DNA of 63,928 nucleotides, the filler included, from Atractiella rhizophila (Eukaryota): assembly GCA_021432655.1 (NCBI GenBank). It is 3 parts of 3 records of this genome, joined end to end, with 100 filler letters (N's around TTAATTAATTAA, not from the genome) between each part and the next. Parts side by side here need not be neighbours in the genome. Positions count along the whole stretch, not along the records: positions 25,565 to 53,124 come from MU271744.1; 2 more parts are not named here. One strand, given 5' to 3'. The position numbers and the translations under genes were made by a program. Numbering within the stretch: the first letter of the stretch is position 1; every line of letters begins with the position of its first letter. This document shows positions 38,595-49,674 of this stretch, in pieces. The notes under the pieces were generated by a model. That model made no database searches, was not told where the DNA came from, and worked only from the letters and a program-made list of their open reading frames with translations.

Positions 38595-38988
38595 CAAGGA
38601 TGGTTACCCTGTTCAATCCCTTGTCGGATTTATATGGACCCAACCAATGCGAATATGAGAGACTTGGACCACTCACCATCCTGGTCCTTTCCGACTTAGC
38701 TCGAAGGTATGCGGCTCCCAACTCGCTCAGCGCTTGTGCTGAAGGACCCTCAAGATTGGAAGAGGCGGCATACGCGAGGCACGCAGCCAACTCTCCTATC
38801 AAGAGGGCAGTGACTAGGCCCAATTTCGAGGGTGAGAAGAAATCCGCTTCAGATCCTTTGAACGACTTACAAGACACCACAGAGGTATTGCTTACGTTCG
38901 TGTTGCGCTCGGATAACGCTTGAGGTCCTTGAACTCGCCGTCTCCTGCTCTGCTCTTCGGAGTGAAGTCTGGATCTTGGCATAGTCAT
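38595..38988 (-). CDS. Orphan module C, left gene (family L)
   Basis: MTMPRSRLHSEEQSRRRRVQGPQALSERNTN..CLAYAASSNLEGPSAQALSELGAAYLRA. Probable intron GTGAGT..AACAG followed by GNHP*; unspliced, the ORF would end at 38461. Confidence 0.65.
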
Positions 38989-40260
38989 CCGTTGCGTTTC
39001 GACACGGTCTTTGGGAAAGTGTTAATTCTCAGTTTCAGCCTTGAGTGTATTATTTGATCGATTGAGGACTGATGTGCCAGCAACTCTGCTTTCTCGAAGG
39101 AATTTCCGTTGGTAGAGCCAAATTGTGAGGACTGACATATTCAGGGGGGGCTCTGTTGATATAGTACAAAACATGACGGGCGAAGAGTCGAGAAGGTCGA
39201 GGTCTACGTCCGGAACGTCGAAGACGTTGCCGTTTCCGAATTTACGAGTGAGCCCTCGTGCACCTCGTTCGGAGCGTGAGAAGCTGATTATCATACTCTC
39301 AGTTCCCCTGCATTCTATTCGTGGAGACTGCCAACGTTCTTTGCAATCCCAAACATCGGTTGTCATTGCAGAGTTGCAGGGTTCAACTTGGATCCTCTTT
39401 GATTGGGTTGCATCGGTATCGACGCCAGATGCATCGTTCCAGGGAAGCCCGCAACATTTAGACGGTGCCCGAAGGAGAAGACATTCGATTGTTCTCGGCT
39501 GTCCAGTTCGCTATCTCTCGACTAACTTCCAGCTGGAGCAACCTGAAGTGCCTCAGCTCATAGTTTCGGAGGAATGGCCTGATTGCCCATTTCCCGACGA
39601 TTGGCCAGCGGTCAAAGAGAGAACCGTCCTGTGTTCGCTTTGTAAAGGCATTGGCATTTAGCAATTGTCTAGGTTTTCTTTGAACAAAGTTCAAGTTTGA
39701 GGTTGAACCCCTGCAATTACGAGCGTAGGCATCGTACCAGTTAAGTGTCCTGCCAAGGTGGATTTGCAAGCTGGAAGATATCTCAGTCAAAGCTTTAATT
39801 CCCGAAACTGAGCCATGAAGTCGTAGACTGGATGTACCGATTTCGTGACCAGGTACAAGTTGAGAAGAGCTGCAAGCTTGAGCTGAAGTTCCTGCTCTCG
39901 TCGGACTGATCAGTTTCTGATTCTGTTTTTGAAGCGATCAAGACCTTTCCAGATTGCTAGAAACTTGAGAACGCTTAATATATTTTGGGGAAGGAAGGAC
40001 GTGGGGCTCGTCTCGCGTTTGTACATACCCGTGGCCTCATCATTAATTGATAGGTGTAGGTTTGCGCAGGCTATGGGATACCACAACGTTCGTCGTTTGC
40101 GAGCTGAAATTGAAAGAAACTCGATCAATGACCATCTCGGGGTTGGGGTTGGTTATGGACGTAGGACTATCATTACTCGGATTTGGAACGAAAGTACAGT
40201 GCACAGACGGATTGTGGAAGTGCAACGAAAGTTTTCCATAAGAAGTGCTAACAAAACAAG

Positions 40261-41449
40261 TAGGGATGGCTATCGGAGTCGAATCGTACCAGCTACGCCG
40301 GGTCCGATGGCCAGTCGTGTATCGATCGAAGACAAAAAAGGACCACGACTTACGATTCGATACGAGTACGGCTCCCAAGGCGTATCGAATCGCCAGCGTG
40401 TGGATTTTACGACTACGATACGATACACGATTCCATGCGCACGTTTTTGGGGGAACGGCACTAATAGTAAGCTATTCACATCACTCTCAGCTGCATGTGC
40501 TTACAGTCCTCAGCCCCATGGCTGCTGTCTGCCGCCAGCATATAAATCCTCACTATCTTCTCCCCGTTGACGTCGCGCCACCATGGCAACACTGGACATT
40601 CTTGGGCTAGGAAAAGGTCAAGGACTTCAGTGGATATTGCGAAGAGGAACAACGAGGATGGGACTGCACTTAGCCAGTCCAAGAAGCGAAAGGATGAGGA
40701 GTCTGAGTGGGTCTTCTCTCCTTACAATGGACGCTTGTTGATTGAAATTGCACACAGACACCAAAAGATAAGCGGAGTTCGAAGCCAGGCAAGAAGTCGA
40801 TCACTACATGAAGCAGCCACAACTCCCTGCTTCGGTCTTATCTTCGAATTGTACAAGGTTCAATCGACTGCCTCGCTGCCCGCATGGTCTCGGATGGCAA
40901 GAGACATACTCTCCATCCCTGGTTTGTCCTCTGCCTCTCCTCTACTATGTTTAGATTTGATAACTTCAAAGGGTGCGCTGTTGGTGTGGAACGGGTATTT
41001 TCAGGTGCAAGGGACACAATCGGCATCCGAAGACATCGTTTAAAGCCCTCCACTATTCGTCTGCTGATCATTACGAAGGCTAAGCTTAGGTTAGATCGGA
41101 CAAGAGAGAGGATGGAGCTGTTGAGGAAGCTGGAAGAAGCTGAAAAGATGCACGAGATGCAGGTTCTGGCCAAAGCACAGAGCTGAATTTTGTCTTTACC
41201 ATAACCATCTTGTATTTTATTTCATAATGCAATACAGGCAATTACTGTCTATTAAAAGAGAATGGTCGTCAGGCACCTTCCAGCAACCCGTACCGCCGAT
41301 CGACCTACGACGCCGAAATCGTATCGGAGGCTATATCGAACGAAGCTGATTTTGAGCTACGACTACCGATACGATACGACTACGGCTTATAAGCCGCCAC
41401 GAATCGACCAGGGCCTCTCCGATACGATACGATTCGATAGCCATCCCTA
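40261..41449 (+). mobile_element. Non-autonomous hAT DNA transposon (1189 bp)
   Basis: Perfect 15-bp TIRs TAGGGATGGCTATCG / CGATAGCCATCCCTA; 8-bp TSD AAAACAAG (40253-40260 and 41450-41457); subterminal CGATA repeats; hAT dimerisation domain LPAWSRMARDILSIP..VGVERVFSGARDTIGIRRHRLKPSTIR. Confidence 0.95.
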
Positions 41450-42183
41450 AAAACAAGGGACCTTCCTCCCAAATTCTGACATTGACCACACACAAGGGGT
41501 ACTCCGGTTAGTCATGGTTCGAAATGCACTTGTAAATGCAACGAATCATGAAAGGAACGAACCTTAAAAAAAAAAAAAAATTGTCAACTCCGTCCTAGTC
41601 CCGCACTGTCGGAAATGAAGGCGGCATTGGAGAAGACCTGGTACCGGAAATGCGGACGGATGAATGTTCCAAATTCATCTCCAGATCAGATCGAGCTCGC
41701 GTTCAGGTCACTGAGCTGTCAGCGCACGTCGGCTGGGAAACAAAATTCGAGAGATACGGTCTTCTCGTTCCAGGAAGCAGCTATCAAAGACAAGGCCAAC
41801 GTTGGACTAGTAAGGGTTGAATTAGGAACGCGATACTTACACAAATAGAGAACGAAAAGAATGAATTTGAAAAACACGAGACTTGAGTTGGGACAGTTGC
41901 GTTTTTCGAGTCTGTACGTTTTATGCAGCAAGGGATTATGTGTGTTAGGGGAGCTCCCAATCCCTCAACCCTCAACCTTGAACGAGGAGCGTAGAGACGT
42001 CGCAGACGTCCCACATGGACACATCACATATAGTTCGAACGCGGAACTGAACTGCATGTCCTCTGTGGTATATATTCTACCAGTATCTATCCTGCCATCT
42101 ATCATCCTCTGAATCCACAGCAGTCTATCCACATCTTTCTCCTGGTTCAATTCCGTAAATCTCAAGAAAGCGCGGCTACAACG

Positions 42184-42865
42184 ATGCCTCTCAACATGCG
42201 TCATCGGTACCACATCCAACGACCCTTGATAAACTCTGTCACGTTTACAGTAAACATACTTGTGTGTCTGTTCTCTTCCTTTCTACCAAGCTAACGAGAG
42301 CTGCAGGTGGTCCAACCTTACATCAAAGTGAAAGAAGCGGAGTGGTTGAGACGTATCGTGACGGTTGTGAGGAGGCACACAGGAGGAACGAACGAGAATG
42401 CCTCCTTTATCGAGCCTCGTCACAAAATCTTCGACAACTCATGCGGAGCAGATTCCTCTTTCTTCACTTCATCAGAATGCTCTCGTCCTTCTCCGACAAT
42501 CGCAACCAGGACGGTGCCTTGCACCCTAACCGCCGAAAGGTTCAGGTCATCGACACCAGCGCCTCCCGAATGCTGGATCAGTCATGGCGATGTGGACCAC
42601 AACATGAACCAGAGCGAGACTCCCATTGCGCGCAATCTCCGAGTTGATCAATTGGGGATTTACGTCGAAATCGAGAGCCGAGAGCATTTTTTTACTTGGG
42701 GTCAATTTGAGCAGTTTTTGCTCGACGAAAACAATACAGCGCATCTCCCCCCAGATGATGTTGTCCGCCGCACCGCCGACATACTCCGAGGTGAGCTTTT
42801 CTCTCTTCTTCATTTTAGAACAGTGGCTGATGGGGGAAACAGAGAACAAAAAGGCTCAGGCATGA
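42184..42865 (+). CDS. Orphan module C, right gene (family R), 3 exons
   Basis: MPLNMRHRYHIQRPLINSVTFTVNIL, intron 42262-42306, conserved domain, intron ending 42842, then ..LRENKKAQA*. Confidence 0.75.
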
Positions 42866-43264
42866 TTGAAGAAATTGTTCCCACCATTGTGGCATCACGT
42901 GAATTTTTTTTCTTTCTTTCTTGTAAGATTCGTGTACCTCCCTTTGGCGTCTAACCAGATGTCATTTCTCCTGTATTTCCCCCTTGGAACGCGGCTCGAA
43001 GTATGCATAGCTCTCATCATATTCTGTAAACAGACCCTGTTGTTCTTGTTGAAATCAATTATAGAGCGTTTTTAAGGCAAACAAGGCCATGAAGTTCTTC
43101 ATCAAATCTAATCTCACAAAGAGACAGATTTTCCCTCTCAAGACGCCAGGCCCATTTCCCTTCTCCGTCCGCCTTTCTTCCCCGTCTGTAAATTGTTTAA
43201 GGCAATAAAATAAAGTTTAACTTCGGAGCCGGCTGGCTGTGGTGAGGATCATAGCAAGCAAGGC

Positions 43265-43552
43265 TTAAACTACCAGTTGAGAGTAAATCGTGCAAGTAGC
43301 ACTTGAGAGTACAGAGGCCTTAATAATCCAAAGTGAGGTCACACAACAGGAAATATGTCGATAATCTGCTTTTTCAAGCTCCCTTTTCCAGATACTACAT
43401 TCTGTTTGATTGCTGGCTTTGTGGTTCCCTTGACAGAGAGCACACTTATGGTGGATGTGTATGCAAATTGATGGTGGCTCAACCAGATCCATTTGCTTTA
43501 TCATATGAGAAGCATGTAGAGGAGGCTCTCCTATCCTCGAATCCATGCACAA
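43265..43552 (-). mobile_element. Fragment resembling a LINE ORF1 (gag-like) zinc knuckle
   Basis: KCALCQGNHKASNQTECSIWKRE (C-x2-C-x3-H-x-A..C). The block has no counterpart in module B. Confidence 0.4.
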
Positions 43553-44032
43553 TTAACATCTGTTCCGAAATTGATTGCTAAAATGGAGATATGTGAGGAC
43601 CGAGTAATATGGGAGTTAGAAGGAACATCAAGCGAGTAGGAACGCCGGAGAGTGACAATCGCCACACTTGTTGGTATCAAGGACGAGGACGACAAAGCAG
43701 CTTGTAATCAGTGGAACTGGCAGTTCTACAATTGTGGATATGAGCACACCTTGCGTGTAAAGGGACTGGCAAACAGATATGGAGCGTGGGAAACGAAATA
43801 AATATGATAAAGACGGGCGGAGATGCGAATTGTCGAGTCAACCGAGTAAAATCGAAATCGGCTCGACGATTTTCATCCCCGACCAGAACGTGACATAGGA
43901 GACAGGCAGTGACCCACTTACTTCGCTAATCACATACCCAATGATTTTTTCTGTTTCTAACCTCCTCTCAATGCACTTGATTCCTTGTCGACGTATGGGG
44001 AAGGCGAGTAGACGGAACGGTTCAGATTGTGG

Positions 44033-45010
44033 TCATAGATCCCATTCTTCGTCACTGTCTGGGTTCTTCACATCCTTCTTCAATGTAGACCTCTCCACTT
44101 GCAAAACACCTGACCATCATCCACACTTATCAGATCCTCATGATGGCGGATGAAGATGTAGGTAGAGCGGAAGAAAGGAAGCCGCACCAGCCTCTGCCAA
44201 CCTCCACTCCAAGGCCTCAGTAGTAAAATTGTCTCCGCCCGGCAATCCTTCAAAACCGACAACTCTGCAGCATTGTCAGCGTCCATTATCAACGTCCACA
44301 TTCATAGCATCGTGAGAAGGGAGCGGGAACGGCCTACCGATCCTTTGACACTCCATCGATGAAAATCATCACGCATGGAAGCACTTGAATGGAGAGTTTG
44401 GTGACAAGGAAGGGGGAATTCAGCACGTTGATTTTGAGGAACAGGGTACGGAAGTGTTTTTGAGCCAGTTTCTAGTCCAGCTTTTCTGTTAGGAGGTTTC
44501 ATCATGGATAGGAAAGGAGTCCCACTTGGAGATGCATGTCCACGATTTTACACCGTTTAAAATCGTCGTGATAAAAGTGGACGACGCAAAGTGGCGCTTT
44601 TCTTCCTTCCATCGCTGTCGTCAGCCTTGTTCACACTTCAATAGCGACGACGAAGGACGTACACAGATCGTTCCATCACCTCTTTCTCCTCTTTTATCTC
44701 GAGGTATTGCCCATGACTTCCCTCCTTCATCTCTCTTAGTCGCCCCATCCTTTAAATCATCGACACAATGATCAGTCGTCGTTAAACGTGCTTGGAGATA
44801 AGAAACTCACTCTCGATTCATTGCTTCGAGACGACGTTCACGTTCTCCTGCCATATCATATGCGCCTTCATCTATTTCCCTCTCCAACTCCTCGAGCAGC
44901 CCATCATCGTCCTCTTGAGTTGCTGCCGTGAGAATCGCTTGGTCCTTGGATATGCTTCGCGCACGATCGGCCACCGCATCAGTTGAATGAGCGAACACCT
45001 ACCTAGCCAT
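44033..45010 (-). CDS. TXNDC9: Phosducin-like / thioredoxin-domain protein (TXNDC9/Plp1 type), multi-exon
   Basis: DDDGLLEELE..RERRLEAM, CVVHFYHDDFKRCKIVDMHLQ, KLAQKHFRTLFLKINVLNSPFLVTKLSIQVLPCV, GFEGLPGGDNFTTEALEWRL and the acidic end PDSDEEWDL*. Confidence 0.85.
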
Positions 45011-45184
45011 GTCTTTCTCCTCTCACTTCCTACGCAATGTGCTCACTTTCCTCGTCCTGGTCGCCCAACAATAAGAGTTTGTCCACTGCGTTCTTGTGAA
45101 AGTCAACATCCGGCCGGACTTTCTAGGGCATTCCGCTTCGTGTCACGCGTCTTTGTAAAACCATAAAACGACTCCCCGCGATCG

Positions 45185-48100
45185 ATGAGAGCTTTCCCCA
45201 GGCTCTCTCAGATCCACCACCACCTCCACACCTCCAACTTCTCCAGCGTCAAGCTCACGAGAACAGGGATCACTCCAGCGCTGCAACAGCGACTCAGATA
45301 TCGAACAATATCCTCAAAGATGGTCAACCAAGCCCAATACTTCGCAGACCTTGAGCCACCCTTCTGCTCCTTGGCGGTCATGAAGAGCTTTGACGGATTG
45401 ACGAAGGAGGAAAAGCTTTACGCGCATTGGATTTGTTAGTCCACCTTTACCCTCTAGATCCTTCCTTTGCATAAGATACTCATTTATGCTTACTTGTGGG
45501 CAGCCAAAGCGAGCTGGGCTGGTGCACGTGTGATAATGGTCTGGTTCTCTCTCTTGCGGCATTCATCTTGAAAGGAGCTAAATGAATATGGCGAATAGGA
45601 GCAATGGGCTCCTCACGCTAACTCCCTATACGACTTCCTGATCTTGCTCTTCACCGATCCTTCTACTGGCACCATCTTTGCAGACCTGGAGGAGGTCAGA
45701 ACGAAGGCAGGTGTGGAGCAAAATGAGTTCAAATATTTCGTTGGATACACCGCGCAGGTTCGTCCTCACCTGCTTGTTGTTCACGAGGCAGGTACTGACA
45801 ACGATGTGTGGTTCATAGTCCCTTTCCAACCTCGTTAATTACAAAAATTTTGGCAACACCAAATTCATTCCTCGCAGTTCACCCTCCACAATCGACAAAC
45901 TTATCTCCTCCCATCCTGCAAGCTCCAAACTTTCCAAATACTGGCCAAAGGTATTCATCTTCTCCCTGTGAAATTGGCGTTTTCTCAATTTGATAATTCT
46001 CAAACCCAGCTCAAAGAAGCAATTTACTCCCTTGATCCAGAACCCATTCTTCAAATCGGAAAACCATCGTCTGGACACCTCTCCAACATCTATCCTGACT
46101 CTCCAAGCATCAGTGATGCAGAAGTGGAACAAGTCTCCGAGCTGATGCGAAAAGAGGGAATCGAGCCACAGAACACTCGGTACGCTCATCGTGCTCTCTT
46201 CTGCTCTTCGCCTCCTTCCCGTGGTTCTGGGATAAATAATGACTGACTGACCCGTCTCAGGTTGAGGAAGGAGGGGAACGGAAAATTCACTCTTCTGATC
46301 GCAAGTTCAGAGGAGGGAGAACACGAGAAGAGCCCTCTGAAAGGAGATGGGGTGGAAGTGAAGATCCAACTCGGTTCGTATTTTCCTCTACCTCGCCTCA
46401 CTCGGGGGACACTGATGATTTGAGATGAGCAGGAGACTACAAGGACGCAATGGCAAAGGTAGTCTCCTCCCTCGAGGAAGCGGTAAAATGGGCTCGTGCG
46501 TCTTCTCCCTCCATCCACCGAAAATTCCAATTTATCCCAACTCACAGAGGATGAGAACCGCGCCGGGATGCTGAAGGACTACATCACCTCCTTCCGTACC
46601 GGTTCCGTCATCGCCCATCGTGAGGGATCGAAGAAATGGGTTAAGGATGTGGGGCCAGTCGTCGAGAGCTACATTGGGTTTATCGAGGATTATTTGGACC
46701 CTTATGGCTCAAGGGCGGAGTGGGAAGGTTTTGTGGCTGTCGTTGACGTATGCATTACTCTCTCTTCTGAGTTATGAGTTAGACGGAGACTGATTGGCTT
46801 CTTGACTTACCGATTGGATTGGGTTCGGTGGAAATAGAAAGAGCAAAGCAAGCTCTTCAAGCAGATGGTCGATCAGGCACCGGAGTTGATTCAGGTTCTT
46901 CCTTGGGGGAAGGATTTTGAAGTAGACGAATTCAAAAAGCCAGACTTTACCTCGTTGGAGATTCTCTCTTTCGCTACCGGTGGAATACCAGCTGGAATCA
47001 GTTCGTTTCCTCCTTTCGCTGAAAGAAGGCTTTGTGACGAAAGATGTGATGCCTCCCAGATATCCCCAACTACCACGACATCCGTGAGAATTTCGGATTC
47101 AAGAACGTCTCCCTCGGGAACGTGATTGGCGCCTCTGCACCAACCGAACCCAATACTTTCATTGCTCCTGAAGATGATGCCATTTATACTCAGTGGAAGA
47201 AGAAGTCGTGGGCCATGCAGGTGGCTTGCCACGAGCTTCTGGGTAAGTAGCTTACGTCCATCTCACTCTACTTGTCTACTTCCGGAAACTCATGTCGATT
47301 GTACACAGGCCATGGAACTGGAAAGCTCCTGACAGAGGACAGGGACGGAAACCTCAACTTCGACAAGGAGAAGGTCATCAATCCAATCACCAAAGGCAAG
47401 GTCAAGACTTGGTACAAGCCAGGCGAAACTTGGAGCACTTTCGGTGGAGAGATCAGCTCGAGCTTTGAAGAGTGCCGAGCGGAGGTAGTTGCTCTTTTCC
47501 GTTCGTCACTCAACCCCTACCCACAGCCCAACAAGGGAGCTGACCTCAGTTCCGTCTGGCAGTGGCGAACGATAAACGTATCGCGAAGATCTTTGGTGTC
47601 GAGACGGAGGAAGACGTGGATCTCATGCAGTATACCACCTTTTTAGAGATGTGCCGTGCTGGTGTCCGAGGCTTGGAGTGGTTCGACCCGAAGACGAAGA
47701 AACATGGGCAGGCGCACATGCAGGCCAGATGCGGTATCTTCGTTCGTCAACCCTCCAACCTTTCAACGGGTGCAGGCTAATGGAGCCGGATGCAGAAATG
47801 GCTCCACTCTAAGGACATTGTCACTCTAGAGGAAAAGCGGGATGAAACCGGAACCCTTGTAGATGCTCACATCAAGATCGATAGAGAAAACCTGAAGAAG
47901 AACGGTCAAAAAGTCGCTGGCGATCTCCTGCTCCTTCTTGGAATCTACAAGTCGACAGCAGACCCCACGGCGAAGAGCTTCTACCATGATCTGACCACTC
48001 CTCATCAGAAATGGCAGACAGAGCTGAGGGACCTTGTTGTACGTCCAATTCCTTGCCCCTCTAATTTTTTGGCTGCGATTTTAATGCTGATGGTTTGACT

Positions 48101-48242
48101 CCTTCTGCAGTTCAAGAAAAAGCTTCCGAGGAAGATTTTCGTGCAGGACAATACATTCGTGAAAGATGACGAAGCAATCCTTAAGGAATACGAGCTCTCG
48201 ACTAAAGGTGCTATTCAAAGTTTTATCGAAAGGGATCTTTAA
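45185..48242 (+). CDS. DPP3: Dipeptidyl peptidase III (peptidase M49), copy 1, multi-exon; second ATG at 45320
   Basis: Spliced motifs EKLYAHWISKASWAGAR, ESYIGFIE, RAEWEGFVA, GINIPNY, the zinc motif HELLGH (split by an intron), EECRAE and HGQAHMQAR. Confidence 0.95.
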
Positions 48243-49674
48243 TTTAAAGATCTGTATTTATTGCACGAATCAACTCAATCTACTGAAATGTATCACACCG
48301 TCTTGAATCTGAATTGTCGAAGTGTGCACCAAAGCTTTACAGTCTCGATTTCGTTGTCCAAGCGAGCTCCAATATGGATGTGGTACGTGTTTCATTGGTC
48401 CGCTCGAGAGCCATAAGCTTGATGATGATACTTATCAGAAAGCCAGCAAGGAAAGGTCCCGTTAATATGCCAACAACCACAGGCAGTGATAAAGTTGTAA
48501 AGTGCTCAATAAATCAACTCCTTGTACAGAGGTGCCAGTGACTGTTTCCTTCTCGTGAAAGCTCTAGAGAGGGGGTGGATGCTCGCGGAGATACCACTCA
48601 CATAAAGCCAAAACGAACTTCAGGCTCATTAGCTCACTCCCGGTTCAAGTTACATAAAATTTGTATAACTTGATTGGCCCGAGGAAACATATGTAATACT
48701 TAAATGCTCCAGCATCTGCCCACATACAATCTCAAGCGCTAAGCAAAAGACATGGATTCCTGGCGGTGAAGCACTTGGATGAAGCAACTTTGATGATGGC
48801 AACGATCCTTCCAGACTTCAGAGCTGTTGGAACAGGATCTGGAGTTATATATCACTCTACCGACGACTTCTAGTGCACCTTTGTAGTGCCTGGAGGGGTA
48901 GAGCGAAATCTCATCTATTTATTCTATTACGCAGCGGATGGATGTATGACTGACCAAAGCACGTGACAGGGTCCGTCAAATTAGATGGGCTGAGGATGAC
49001 AGAGGCTACTGAAGTGGGCCGTGTTGCGGTGGGGTGGTGCATTGTTCCTTTCATTATTTTCAGTCCATCGCAGACCACCAATGCTGTCTCAGAAACCGAA
49101 GTATGTGTACTTCCAGTGTCTTCAATACGCTACCTTTATTCCCACAGGGTCTCCTTGGCACTAAAGCTGCTAGTGCGGTCCTGCATACCACCCATAAGTA
49201 TTCTCGTTGAAGAGGACGTGGCTAATTGCGTTGCGTGCTGAGCATAGCGAAACGACACTTACAGCTACGAGTTAAAAGTCAAAAGGACAACTATAACCTG
49301 TCTTCTGCAAAAATTTGCACGCTGTCATAGCGGCTGACATTTTGCCTCTTAATTTTAGTTGGAAGGGTACCTGGTGATATACCTTTCTCTTCCTCCTTTC
49401 TATGTGCTGACCCTTGCTCATCCTGTCAGCATCAATGCCTTCTTATGTAAGGAAATATTCCACCGGAGTTTCTCTATATATTCATGGCATTCCGGCTTTC
49501 TGTCCCGCTTCTCGAAATAAAACAAATGACATTAATGACTCCTCACGATCTATAAGACCTTTCGCCAGGCTATCTCAGAGGTCCATACCCTGATCGGCTT
49601 CAGCTTCAGCTTCAAGCCAACAAGAACAGGGATTCCTTCAGCCCAAAAGCCAGGGAAAGGAAGAATCTTCGAAA

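Noticed and set aside
39125..40250. ORFs on both strands that might be a retroelement RT/RNase H remnant
   Set aside because: No convincing YxDD, RNase H or integrase motif could be read.
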